Assembly (NCBI GenBank): GCA_963924565.1
Contig: OZ004609.1
Coordinates: 37,262,001-37,326,000, forward strand
Length of the DNA stretch: 64,000 bases
Source: Ascidiella aspersa
Taxonomy: Eukaryota
Direction of reading: 5' to 3'
The translations under genes and the position numbers were made by a program. Below, in pieces: positions 51,336 to 63,438 of the stretch (positions within the stretch are counted from its first letter, which is position 1; every line of letters starts with the position of its first letter). Below the pieces are notes generated by a model. The model did not search any database and was not told the origin of the DNA. It worked only from the letters and a program-made list of their open reading frames with translations.

Positions 51336-52148
51336 CTGCCAAAATCAAGGTAAACATTAGATAAAGGTTCTCGACCGGGGAAATTTAATTTGGAATTCGA
51401 CCATATAAAGCACATTTTAGTTGGGGTTGAAATTTGCGTGCAAATATGCATATTGGAACGAGTTATTAGCCGGGCCCAATTTAAACTCTAAACAGTAGTT
51501 CTTTTCGAAAACGAAACAAATTTTTACTATGACTTCACTTTCTTATTATTACGTCACAATGCTCTGCGTGCTATCTGTTATTTACTGCGACTGCAAATAT
51601 TTGTTTTTGTTAAATGTTATTGAGCAATGTTTAATAATTTGGTCGTAATATAGCGGCTGGAAAACTTGCAATTTTAAAGAAGTTATACCTATTTCGTATA
51701 CTGACAAATTTGCTTGTGATGTTTTTTTTAGGGAGACTTGAGTTTTAAATAGCGGTTAAAGGGCTCCAAGGGATGAAAAAGGTTGAGAACCACTTCTATA
51801 AAGAGTCAATTTGCTGAGTTTTGAAGAGAGGCGGCTTTTGAGGTAAGGACAAACTTTTTCGTATTTTGAAATTAGGCTAAATTTGAATTTCACGGTTTTT
51901 AGACTAAAGTTGTAGATTAATATTTGTTCGTAGTGTGGATTTCCGATAATATCGGATCGGAACCGATAGTTGATGCCAAGTGGTAGTATAGTTACTCGTC
52001 CGATAATAGGGTGGTATCGGTGCCGATCCGATACAAAATTCTTATAGAATTTGCAGATTTTGATTTGCGACTTTTAATATTACAGTAAATTTTTAAATTT
52101 TTTTCTTAAAAAGTTAGTTCAGTCTTTTTTGGCGTCACAATCACAAAC

Positions 52149-52268
52149 CTCGTGGCGTGAGATTTGACCTTCCTTTTTTGTCTCATCTTTTCCAAGGGCA
52201 AATCTTCGTCGGGTGAGATCTCGATGTTGTAGAACATGTGTCGAATGAAGGTGGACTCGTTAAGCAAC
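52149..52268 (-). CDS. Gene 4 (globin) exon 2: B12 to E10, Phe CD1 and distal His E7
   Basis: ttcctcAG| phase 2, AG|GTTTGT phase 2. LLNESTFIRHMFYNIEISPDEDLPLEKMRQKRKVKSHAT. Confidence 0.9.
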
Positions 52269-52360
52269 CTGAGGAATGCAAACAACTAGCATAAAACTAA
52301 AGCTTGTGGGTAAGGATGTCTGATACTTGACATTTCAATACAATACGCGAAATTTTAGAC

Positions 52361-52780
52361 CAGGGTGCTCCACGGTTGACTGCATCGCGGGCCACAATAT
52401 TTCTTGCCTATTCTTTGCGGGCCACATAAAGTAGGCTACATGCGTGCCATTATATGTTCGCAAAACAGCCATTTTAGAAAGAAAGTTCCATATAAGACGC
52501 ACTTCTCTCAAACCGGTCTAACACATCCCAAAAATTAGGTGTTCTTGCCACCCCCTGGATCCGAATTTGGTGAGCGATAGGAAACTGGTTTATTCAATGG
52601 TATAACCGGAAAAATGTGATCATAACCAAACAACTGCAGTGTGCTTACTGTTCGTTGGCCACTTAGATTTATTTGAATAAACCCTCAAAGGTATGCGTTG
52701 CAATAATTCAACAGTGCTTCGCGGGCCACAAACAATGATGTGGCGGGCCACATGCGACCCGCGGGCCTGGGTTTAGACAA
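52361..52780. mobile_element. hAT-like MITE remnant (globin intron 1)
   Basis: cagggtgctcca start and multiple gcgggccac subterminal motifs. Related decayed element at about 3835-4530. Confidence 0.6.
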
Positions 52781-55700
52781 AGAGTATTACAATCCGATCT
52801 AATACCAAATGACGTCATTATCATGTCTAAGCAAGCAAAATAGATTAATTTATAAGCCAAAGATAATATTTTCAAGGTTATTGGGCGGATCGGCACCGAT
52901 GCCACCCTAGAATCGGTCGGGTACCGATTCTTGTCATCGGGTATCTGCTCCGATCCAATATTATCGGACAAATCTACTTGTGGGATATGTAAATTCGGTC
53001 AGCGGCATTTTCCCTTAAATCAAGAAAATTATTGAACTTTAACCCGTAAATGGATTTGAATCCAGTTTTTGCACCGTTCCCGAATACACGAGTCATCGAT
53101 ATTTTATCGACCCATTACATAACCTGTAAAGGTCTACAACCTATTACTCAGCCTTCTACGTTTTGTGTAAGCAAGAAGGCCCTAGGATCTGTCAATTTTT
53201 GGCGCCTTGGAGCTGCTATTTTTTCGTATTTTTTTATTTTGTTTTCGCATTCGCTAAGGTCACCACTTATTGATTTATTGAACATAGGAGTTTTGTATGT
53301 TAGCTGATACAATCTGCTCTGGACACATATGTGAGGAATAATTGTTCGCTTCTTTGTTTGTTTTGGGTATTTTTATCCTTTTTCTGTATCTGTAACGTAA
53401 CATGGGGGGTTACTAAACTTACAAAAATATATTTAGAAATTCATTTTAAACGACGGGTACTTTTGGCACACCATGACTTTAAGTTTACTTTCTGGTTGTG
53501 CTCTTACATCAAATTCACGTTTTGGCAAACAAAATGACTTGAAAATTTTAAATTGTTTTTGCAAATTTTACTAAACAGTAAAATAGGTTTAAAAATACAT
53601 TTTTGATATTTGTTTCTGCTACTTGGTTAAGCAGTTTACTTGTTTTTAATGTCTATAAATAAGAGAAAATGAAGTACCGTGGATATAAAGCCATTGTAGA
53701 GTCGTACTGGCCAACGATAAAGGCAGATATTTGGTTAATTAGCGAAATTAAGCAATTATTATTTATCGTTCTGTGGCAAACAACACGTGGTATGACGATG
53801 GCTTCCCTTTGGCGTCCGCGGCGTCCTTTTGTTAACGAATTATGACGTCACACAGGCGGTGTCACAGCGTCGAGCAACGCCGATCGGCACTGGCAGGTTC
53901 CAATCCGACTCAAAGGACAAACCACATTATACAGTACATTATGTATTCAAAGTTAATCGCCAAAATGCATAAAATCTTAAGTGGGCAATAGTTAGGCCTG
54001 TTACATGTAAATGCACGGCAGTCCCAGGGGGTGCATATGCCCCCCCCCCCCAACAATTTTTCATCTCCCTAATGACTTCACAACCTTTGCTATAGGATCG
54101 ATATAAATTATACGTTGGGCGTCGAATGTTGTAGTTCTTAGCTCTAACATGTTCTAAAGGCCACTTTTTGCAAATCGATTTTCATGGTGAATTGAGGTCA
54201 TTTTCATGGACGCCTTGTGAATAAATTAGCGCACCAGGAGCACATGGTCCATGTTAATGTAGCTAGTTTTTTGCCTTGTTTTGGCAATAAACCCTTTTCA
54301 GTGGACACTGTGGAAAAAGTATTGTAAAATATTAACAGAAACGTTTAACAAACACATATAGTATTTGATAAGGTCTCTCCTAACACAGGACCAAACAAAG
54401 TTGTGATAATTATGGCACTTTACTTTGCCAAAAATTGTGTTTGGGCGTTCTGTTTAGTTTCAGCGTTTCAATCATCAGAGATTCTGAGGTTTTAAAACAA
54501 TGTTAATTTATTTAATTTTAATGGAAAATATATATTGGAAATTCTCTCGCCGTGGTTTATTCAATTTAACAACGAATTACCACAAAAATCAAAATTGCAA
54601 AACGCTTTCAAAATGTGCAACAAAGCTAAGATAAACAAGTTTCTAACGACTAATCTGTTAATGATTCAACAAAAACCCTCGAGTCCAACGAATATAAAAT
54701 AACGTACATTTTACACCAAGCGTGGCAAAAATGCCTATTTCAAGGACATTGCCTCTATCGACCTTGTTTCAAGCTGTTGTACAATTGATCGATTGTGACG
54801 TTCAACAAAGAATGGTCGTTTGTTGCGTAACAAGGTCGTTGTCCTTGTAATCGATTGTGAAACATTTAATAATTTGTGCATATTAAATGCCCCGCACAAT
54901 TAGAGAGCAAACAAAATCAGACAATTCTAAACGTCGTATGCATGTCGTTTTGAGAAAATGACTTTTTCTTTTTGGGCAGTTTTAGTTTTTTCTCTTTAGA
55001 TTTTTTTTCAAAAGAGCATTACATTTTTTGTGAAATGCCATTGTATTATTGTTTTAGAATTGTCTTGCGGCATTATCACATGCTGCATACACACTACAGG
55101 CGCCATGATGTTTTTTTACAAGGGCATTTGCTTTTAGTAAAATTCAACCAAGGAAAAACGTTTTTTATTACATTAGATCAAATGCTGCAATTTATATTAG
55201 CATTTTGGTGCGGAAATGCGACATTTTTATTACGACGTATAAAGAGCAATTGACGCCTTTAATCCTTTTAATAAACCGAAGCGGTTTTGAAAAGGTCGCA
55301 AAACGACTGATTTCGATTTTAGAGCATTGTTCACATTGACCTTACAAATCGCTTTTTGACAATTCTTGGTATGTGTCAACAAAGGACAAATGGCGAACAA
55401 TGGGCATGTTCTAACGGCTGTGACGTCATGTAAGCGTTGGACATGAAATTAATTTGAATTGTATCTGACAAGAAACAACATTGTGGTATTTAAAGAAGCA
55501 TTTTAGCATTAATGCTCCAATGCAAACATGTTGGCTTATAAATATGAATAATAAAGGCATTATATTCGATAAAATCGAAAATTTGACTTGTATTTTTACA
55601 CAAATTATGGGTTTAGGTTTTGCCAACACGTTTGTAAACACCGAAACGTCAATTTTATCGAATATAAATGCTCTAATAGTTTTATTAAAATTCCTAAAAA

Positions 55701-57969
55701 AACGTGTATTGTGTTCCAAAACTTAGAAATGTGATTCCTGTATATCTGACTGCGGTTTATTTGGTACTAAACGAAACTTTGTAAAATAAAAGTTACTTTG
55801 TTTAACGAAATACTGCTTCGCGTAATTGATAACGGGTGAGTCAGGGAAAAAACACGAACACGAACTCAGCCATTTGTGTTCGAAAAATTTATATAACAGT
55901 CAGACAATAACAAAAAACTAAATGGATTTTTTTTCTAGTAAATTTTGTAGGTTCATCACAAGATACCCGAATAAGCTATAGAACATTAGCCTATATAATC
56001 AAAAAGATATTTGTCAGACAAACAATTTTATAAGTAATGCATGCCTGGTAGCAACGGTATATTACTGACATACAACGGCCGTAGAGCACGCAACTTTGCA
56101 AGGCTCTCTTGTACAACGTCTGCCGCTAAACCGCAATGATGTCATGCTTTTTACAACTTATAGAGATCAAAAGAAGATTTTAAAGCCAAAACTTCACTCA
56201 TATCACACAACGGCTTCTATAAGGCTTATGGCGTTTGAAATTACACGTTACGCGTTTAATTTATGTAGGAGAGGGAGTTTTGTGAAGTGCTGTGTTGAAA
56301 TTCTTTACACGGTGGATAACGATGCTTCAGTGTAGTAAATTATCCCTGTAGGAGTAAAATCGGATTTTTTCGACGCTGGTCTTGGGTTTCGTAATACTTT
56401 AACTTAAAACATGTTCCTTTTTTTTAATTGAATACAAAAATGGACTGCCCGATACTTACGATACCGATGCCCGATACTTACGATAACGATGCCCGATAGT
56501 CTGTATAAAAATATCGCGATTCGATCCGATACTAAATGACGTCATTACCATTCCCAAATAGCAAATTAGACATTTAAAAAAAATTGTCCATTATATTAGC
56601 TTAAATGTTAAAAAGTTTAGTTACCGCAAATTATGGCTGAAATTCCGATATTAATGTGGTATTGTATCGTTGACTGGCATTTACAGCAAGAGCCAGTTGT
56701 TTTGATATTTCACACTAAACCATTATGTGAGCTCTCTCTCACGATGGTAGAGCAATATCAACACCTTACTACTTCCTAATTGGCTTCAAAGCGAGGATGT
56801 CAAACACGAGGCTTGTAAGAACATTTGGTGCGGCCCAAGACGCTTTGAATTTACACATTTTACTTCTTCTGTCACTTATATGGTTTCAGTATTCTTAGCC
56901 CAATGACAAAACCTTAGCAATTAATTTAAAAAGTTTTTTTTTGCTTATTGACTTTTTATATAATTCCTGATCATGTTGTGTATTGTGGTCCAACGCTGCA
57001 ATTTGTACTTTGAAAGGTGAATTTATCAAAAAAATTGGGTTAACAACTGAAAAAAACTAAACGAAAAAAAACTCCAAACATTTAAGCTAATTTTTGGCAT
57101 AATTATTACCTAGCCTTATTTGAATCATTAATTGTATCTATTTTAATTGTTTAGGCTTAGTAATGACATATTTTGGTATTTTGCCATATTTTTTGTCCAA
57201 AATATTGCATATGGGAAGTATTGTACCACTGAAATAATATCAGAAACATTATACCCGCCGTTTCTAGCCTTTAAAACCTTAAACAACACTTCAGTAGTCG
57301 CGTATTTGTTTATTTATTTGTTTGTTTGTTTGTTTGGTAATATATTGCGTGTCCTTTTGGTAATATATCTGTTCTTTGCAGAAATCTCCCTTGAATCGTA
57401 AGGCTTTAATGTATTGTTTTTTTTATCTCAGCCGCCCTGATAACGTTTTGCGGTCTTCTATTTGTGGTTTTCCCTTGAACCGGATCAATACAACGCTTCC
57501 CAGAAAAACTCGTTTTACTTGAATCTACCACACACTCCAACATCGCATTTTTCACAATCAGATGCGATATTTTGGTCAGACACAAAAACAACACAAATAA
57601 AAAATTGGACAAAAAACAAAACAAAAAAGTCCTGACATTTTTTTCCATCTGTGATCTTTTTTGCGAGTTTTCCCTTGAACAAGATCAATACTAACACCGC
57701 CCAAAAAATTCCGCGGTCTCGGAATCTACCACGCAGTCAACATCGGTTTTTGATGCGTATAAGGTACACGCCTAAACCTATAATACATGGACAAACTACT
57801 GACTGCAGACCTGATCTGCGCCTCCCCGCGCAAGAATTTTGTTTTGGCTCACGGCTTATTTTACATGAAACAAAAAAGTGCGATAATCTTGCATATTACA
57901 AAAAAGTTGTGTATGAGGTGAAAATCGGATAAAGGCGCTTAACGTTTTTTTCTTTGGAGTCTTATTGTG

Positions 57970-58178
57970 GGAGGTTGTAGTAAGACGTAGTAAGAATATC
58001 AAAGCGCTTAGCATTTTGTGGTAGTTAGCATTTTGTGAACTTTTCGAATAACTCGTTATTCGTTTTCAACATAATAACTCTTTATTCATCTTTATCATAT
58101 GTTGAAAATGAATAAAGAGTTATTCGAAATGTTCAAGTTATACTTACTTCTGTATGGGCTTTGATATTCTTACTACAT
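57970..58178. mobile_element. Short palindromic MITE family B
   Basis: ggaggttgtagtaagacgtagtaagaatatcaaagccc(atacagaagtagg) and its reverse complement. Fragments at about 1295-1480, 6063-6105, 10555-10640, 10820-10890, 19830-19900, 43870-44120, 49476-49625. Confidence 0.8.
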
Positions 58179-60464
58179 TTTTTCTTTATTTTTTAAACTA
58201 TTTTATTGAAAATATTACACTTGTATGGAATTGTTACTTATCCTTAAACTTACAAGCTTGTCAAAACAAGGATATTTACAACAGAATTTTAGAATGAATC
58301 ATACTTTAGATTGTGGTAATCGATGACTTGGGGTTGGACTAGACTTAACTTGATTTGTTTACAACACTGTCTATAGAGACCAGACACACCCCTAAAACCG
58401 CGCCCAAACACACCCCAATATGCCTTTATGTTACGGTTTAAGCTACCAGTGTTTCAACCGAAAGCTTAATATCCTGGGTGTGCTCTGTATGCCCACATTG
58501 TACAAAGCAACTTGTTTATAAAGATTTGCATAAAAGCCAGTGTTCCGGCTTATTTCATTGAAGTACAAACGAACTTAACGCTGGTGACGTTTTTCAACCT
58601 CGTGGTAAACAATAATGTTAAGACTGTTTTTGAAATCAGATATGAAACATACAATAATGTCTTAAAGTTTTACAGAAATATATATTTCGCCTCATGAATA
58701 GGCATCATCAGTTTCTTATTTAAATAGAACCTTGATGGTAAACAATGGGTTTGGGGAATAAAGAAATCAAAGTGTCTTGGACTAGTTCTAGGGGCTCCAT
58801 GACAAATTAAAATCTTGGTCTATTATTTGAAAAATATAATTAAATACATCAAGAAAATAATTTAATTTGGCGTCTTTTCCTGGAATGCATTTAATCTTCA
58901 CTTCAGGTTCAGAATTGTAGTATAAAACACAGAAGGTTTCTTACGTTTAGTGGTTTTAGGACGACAATTTAGACGTCATCTTTACAAATTATCAACAATA
59001 AAGCAGTTAGTATAAAACTATGGTAAATAGAGATTTCTTAACAGAAAAAGTGTTTAATATTTTTTCGCGGATCTGTGATCTTTGTTTGGGCGACTTTGGG
59101 CTAAACCAAATTGATGAAAGTGTGCTAGGACACACTAAAAACGAAATTAAGATTCGTTTAAGTATAGTTAAAATAGTTTTTACGTAGTTTAAATTGCCAA
59201 ACATACAGTTTAGGGGGCCATGGTCACGTGTCCACCCCCTCTGCCCCTGCTGATTATTATATAAATCTAATGTCTTTCCTCATTTAAATCTCCCCAGCCC
59301 TTGGTACAGCTTTAATCGTAATTTAAGCTTCCTGACAACACCATACCCTTTAGGTACGTCACAATGCAACAGGTGCATCATTTAAAATAAGGGGGAAACA
59401 TTGTCCAGACTAAAAGCAACAAATTTCAGTTCGTAACTTATACGTCACACAGCTTTAATGCTAACTTATTGCTTTTAGTAGCTGTAATTTCGGCCACTTG
59501 TATTAGTGAAATCCCAATAAAGAACTTAAACTCCACGTTTTTTTCGAACATGCCCCTTAATACAACCGTGAAGCGGATTCTAATCAATTAATTATTCAAG
59601 TTGCTTTTCAATCAGAATGTCAAGTCTATGTCAAGGCTTGATTTTATTCAAGATCTTAAAATTGGGCCTAATTTGTTTCCAGAATGCTTACTGTCGGTTT
59701 ACAGTTACAGATTAAAACTAGGCATCATTTAACCATAGATGAAAAAACAATTAGGTAATCAACGTGCGGCCTGAATGATTCATTTAAAACCTCTGAGCTT
59801 TTTGTAAACTTGTAGGCCTAGAAATGTTTTAATGAACTTTACACAATAAGCCGCTAAAGCAGGATAGTTAAGGTAAGGTTTGAACTCTTCCATAAATGTG
59901 TAACATATCAGAAGGTTTTTTCTTGCATTTCCAGAACTTTTCGGACCAATTTCCGCCACAGCTAACCGACCCCCTTTCCCCAAAAAACAAAAATGAATTT
60001 CGGCAATCTTAAAACACATAATAAAACTTTTAGTCCACAAATGCTTTTGATACTGTCATTGAATACTTTCTTTATATAAATGCCTTTTTACAGAGAGACT
60101 TCTGTTTAAAGAAGATTTAAAACCGACTTACTCTCAATTCCTATAGCCCATAACCATATAGGCCTTCCCCAAACTGTACACCTTTTTCGCCCTGAAACTA
60201 AAAGTTTTAACTGCGCGCATTCAGATAAAACCGATTAAGCCCAACATTGATCATAGCTTTAAAATGTTCATAAAATTGTAAATTAAGAATAAAAGATAAT
60301 AACTTAACTTTCTAAAGCCTAAGTAAATTCGTACGTATCGTCGCACCCTTGAAAGTGAATGTTTTTTTGCATCTGAACGGTTGTTTGGTTAAATGTTGTG
60401 ATATACCTGTGAAATATGAGAAGTGTGAAATACTGGGCTCCCCCTCCCAGTATGGAGGTTAGTG

Positions 60465-60666
60465 CAGTGGTTCTCAACCGGGGTTTTTGCTCTATTGGTA
60501 AGCTTCTTTATATATTTTTTGGTGTACGATAAAATACCAATAACTAAAAAGGTTTGATTAACCTTGTTGCACAGTGCATATGCTGTTTCAATCTCCTATT
60601 GTTTATTGAATTACCTCCTATAATTTCTCTAGGGTACCGCAAGTCGAAAAAGGTTGCGAAACACTG
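60465..60666. mobile_element. hAT (Charlie-like) MITE in globin intron 1, perfect 8-bp TSD
   Basis: TIRs cagtggttctcaacc / ggttgcgaaacactg, TSD GGTTAGTG on both sides. Confidence 0.9.
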
Positions 60667-60698
60667 GGTTAGTGGTAACTTAAGTGTTGTGAAAATAC

Positions 60699-60796
60699 CT
60701 GTGAAATATGAGAAGTCCCAGCTCTTGCATTCCCATTTCCTTCATACTTTCCCAGGAATCCCGGAGCAAGTCAATCTGTTGCTGAGTGTACTTCAT
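60699..60796 (-). CDS. Gene 4 (globin) exon 1: A helix to B12
   Basis: accATG. MKYTQQQIDLLRDSWESMKEMGMQELGLLIFH-R, with Trp A12 and Gly B6. Donor AG|GTATTT falls at the conserved B12.2 position. The four exons total 489 nt = 162 aa + stop. Confidence 0.9.
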
Positions 60797-63032
60797 GGTT
60801 ATCAAAACAAATATGCACTAAACAATATCAAATATCTGGCCAATAATAAACATTCAAAAAGAGATTAATTAGGTTAAATTGGCAGCAAATCAAACACACA
60901 AGAATTAACGCTGGACATCCTAAAAAAAACTCGCATACAACTTGAACGTAATATAGCTGCAATATAACAATAAATTTAAGAAATCAAGCACATTTCACCA
61001 GCCCTGCTAAGCCTTGTAACCTAGCATTTACCGTATTTGCTAATTACAAACTGTAATTTCTCTTGTTTTCCAATTTCATTCACGCGGGTCTAATCAACAA
61101 CAAATTAAGTTGGCGGCGAAGGAGACTTTACAATTAGCAGCTTGAATAAAAGCCACCGGTCTATTCTACAGAAAATTGCGCATTTTTACTTTGCAGCAAC
61201 TTTACAAAGTGTTGCAAGTTAAAGCCCTTTCGGTGCTTTTTGTTATTTAGGCTTCCTACAATACAGGATGGGGAAAACTTATAAAAAAAGTACCGAGAGA
61301 GCTTCAGTATACTATGCCTGGTAGCAACAGCAAAGGTGTAGCAACTTACGTATTGTAGGAACTTACGTAAATTAACCCATAGAGCAGGGTTCTGAATTTT
61401 CCGGGCCCGTAAAACAGGCTTTTGCTTCGCGTAGACCAAGGTCGGTTTGAAATTTATAGAGATGTCGTCATGAACTGACGTCATAAAACAAGTAGACTTA
61501 TGAAATCTGCTGTTTTCGGTTTAACAAATGTGAAATAAAGTCTAAACACATTTGACCTAACGGCGCCAAAGCTTTTATTTCTTGTCTTATGAAGTCATCT
61601 CTGATAAAAATGATGCGAACTGAAAATTATTTTTAGGGCTCCGCGCTAAAACAAGTTTAGCTCTGGAGCAAAAATACAACACCAGAAAATAATTCAGAAA
61701 CTATAATACGATGATACGCAATACCCTTCATCTAGACGCCTCAAAAATCAACAATTTCATTCGGCTGCGAGAGCAATAAACCTTATATCCCTTGTAATGC
61801 GCACATTTAACAATTATCTCCAATTTCAGGTCAAAGAAAAAAAAAATGAGGCGATCAGCCGTTGAACAAGACTTCATGGCCGCCAGCAAGGCAATTTTCG
61901 AGAGCAAGACACTTCCCTCCCTCAACCTGGCCAAGCGAGGGGGAAACATGCTTTTACTCAGTTACCTGGAGTCCCTGATCATGAAGTAAGTCGTTAAACC
62001 TGTTCTGGGGTAAAATACAATATAAGCAAATTGTCCAGCAGACTTTAAGACGGCGGTTTGCAATATTCTCTAACCTAGACGCCTTACAAATCAACAATTT
62101 CACTCAGCTAATACAGCAATGAACCCTAGACTCCTTGCAATGAGCACAGTTCAACTTTAAAGCCAAAAAATTATCTCTGATTCGCCACGTCAAGGGGAAT
62201 CCCCACCAGGCCGTCTTTCAAGGCGGTCTTGTGCGTTTTTATCGATTTTTTTCCGCACCTTGGATATTGGTGGAGGCCAAACCCGTCCGTTGTACGCAGC
62301 AGGTCTGTTTCATTGAAACAAAACCTTCAAACTACAAAAAAATAACATTTTAAGAATAGAATGACCTTCAAAGAGCAAATTCAAGTTATAAATGACTTTT
62401 AAATATTCAAAAATATCTTTAAACTGAAAAATCACGCAGTCTTTCAAGGCGGTCTTGTGTATTTTGTATTGATTTTTTTCGCACCTTAGAGCCAAACCCA
62501 TTCCACGCAGCATTTTAATTTCAAAAGGTCGCGAAAATTCCGCGTTATGTAATTCAATTTCTACTTCTTTAAACAGCGTTACACGGACGTGAAGGTTATG
62601 CAAGTTTAAATTTAACTTAATTTGCGTTTTTTTTTTTTCGTTGCAAATTCGAAAACCATAAAATAATCATTTTAATCCTCTTTCTCGGTGTTAGGCAATT
62701 TAAAACTAATTAAAAAACACAATTATACTCGTGCTTTCGCCTTTTTAGTTATTAAACAAAATTCCTCTATTTTACTGTACGAGGTAAATACTTGAGATAA
62801 CGTCGATGGCCTTAGACCACGATGTGACAAGTGTAAGATAGGATGTTTAATTGCCGCATCTAAATTAATTAATAGAAAAGGGTTATGCAAGTTCAAATTC
62901 TCTTAACTAAAAAACGCATTTACTGAATCTTATTTATGCGTTAATTCAGCCCAATTAGTGAAGCACCTCTGCTTTTCTGTGTCATTTGTTAGGCGGCAAC
63001 TACTAGTTATAATCACGTGTATCGCTGATAAC

Positions 63033-63438
63033 AAGGGCGAATATTTTTTAACCAAAAAAATAGGAAATTTTACCTGAAAATCATTTATTTTGACAAAATT
63101 TTGACCTGTTAGAAATACATTGATTTAAATTAGCTAGGCGTCGTTAATCACGCGTTTTTTATAACGTATATTGCTCTAATAAAGATATAATACGGTTAAA
63201 ATGACTTTGAACTCATATCAAAACTAATTTTTTTTTGATAAAATGAAAGATAAATTTCAAAATAACCGAACGACCAATTTCAAAAAGCTGAATTTTTAGT
63301 TTGTTTTTAATTTTGTAAGCGATTTATGTGCAATTTTATTCGATTTTACCTTACAAAAATATTGACAAATTTTGACCTAACGTGTAAATTTTGACAAAAT
63401 TTTGACTTTTTTTGACAAGTCAAAAAATATTCGCCCTA
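63033..63438. mobile_element. hAT-type MITE with perfect 8-bp TSD
   Basis: TIRs agggcgaatattttt / aaaaatattcgcccta, TSD CTGATAAC, internal ttttgac repeats. Confidence 0.85.

Noticed and set aside
51137-51451. 104-aa ORF as a standalone gene
   Set aside because: Only 51335-51215 is globin exon 3; the flanks are intron read-through.
60133-60192. Exon-like segment (tttcAG...GA|GTAAGT) on the minus strand in globin intron 1
   Set aside because: The frame required by the B12.2 phase hits a stop, and the globin fold is complete without it. At most a cryptic or poison exon, with no support.
49931-60796. Globin X assignment
   Set aside because: Shares E10.2 but lacks the H10.0 intron and the N-terminal myristoylation/palmitoylation extension.
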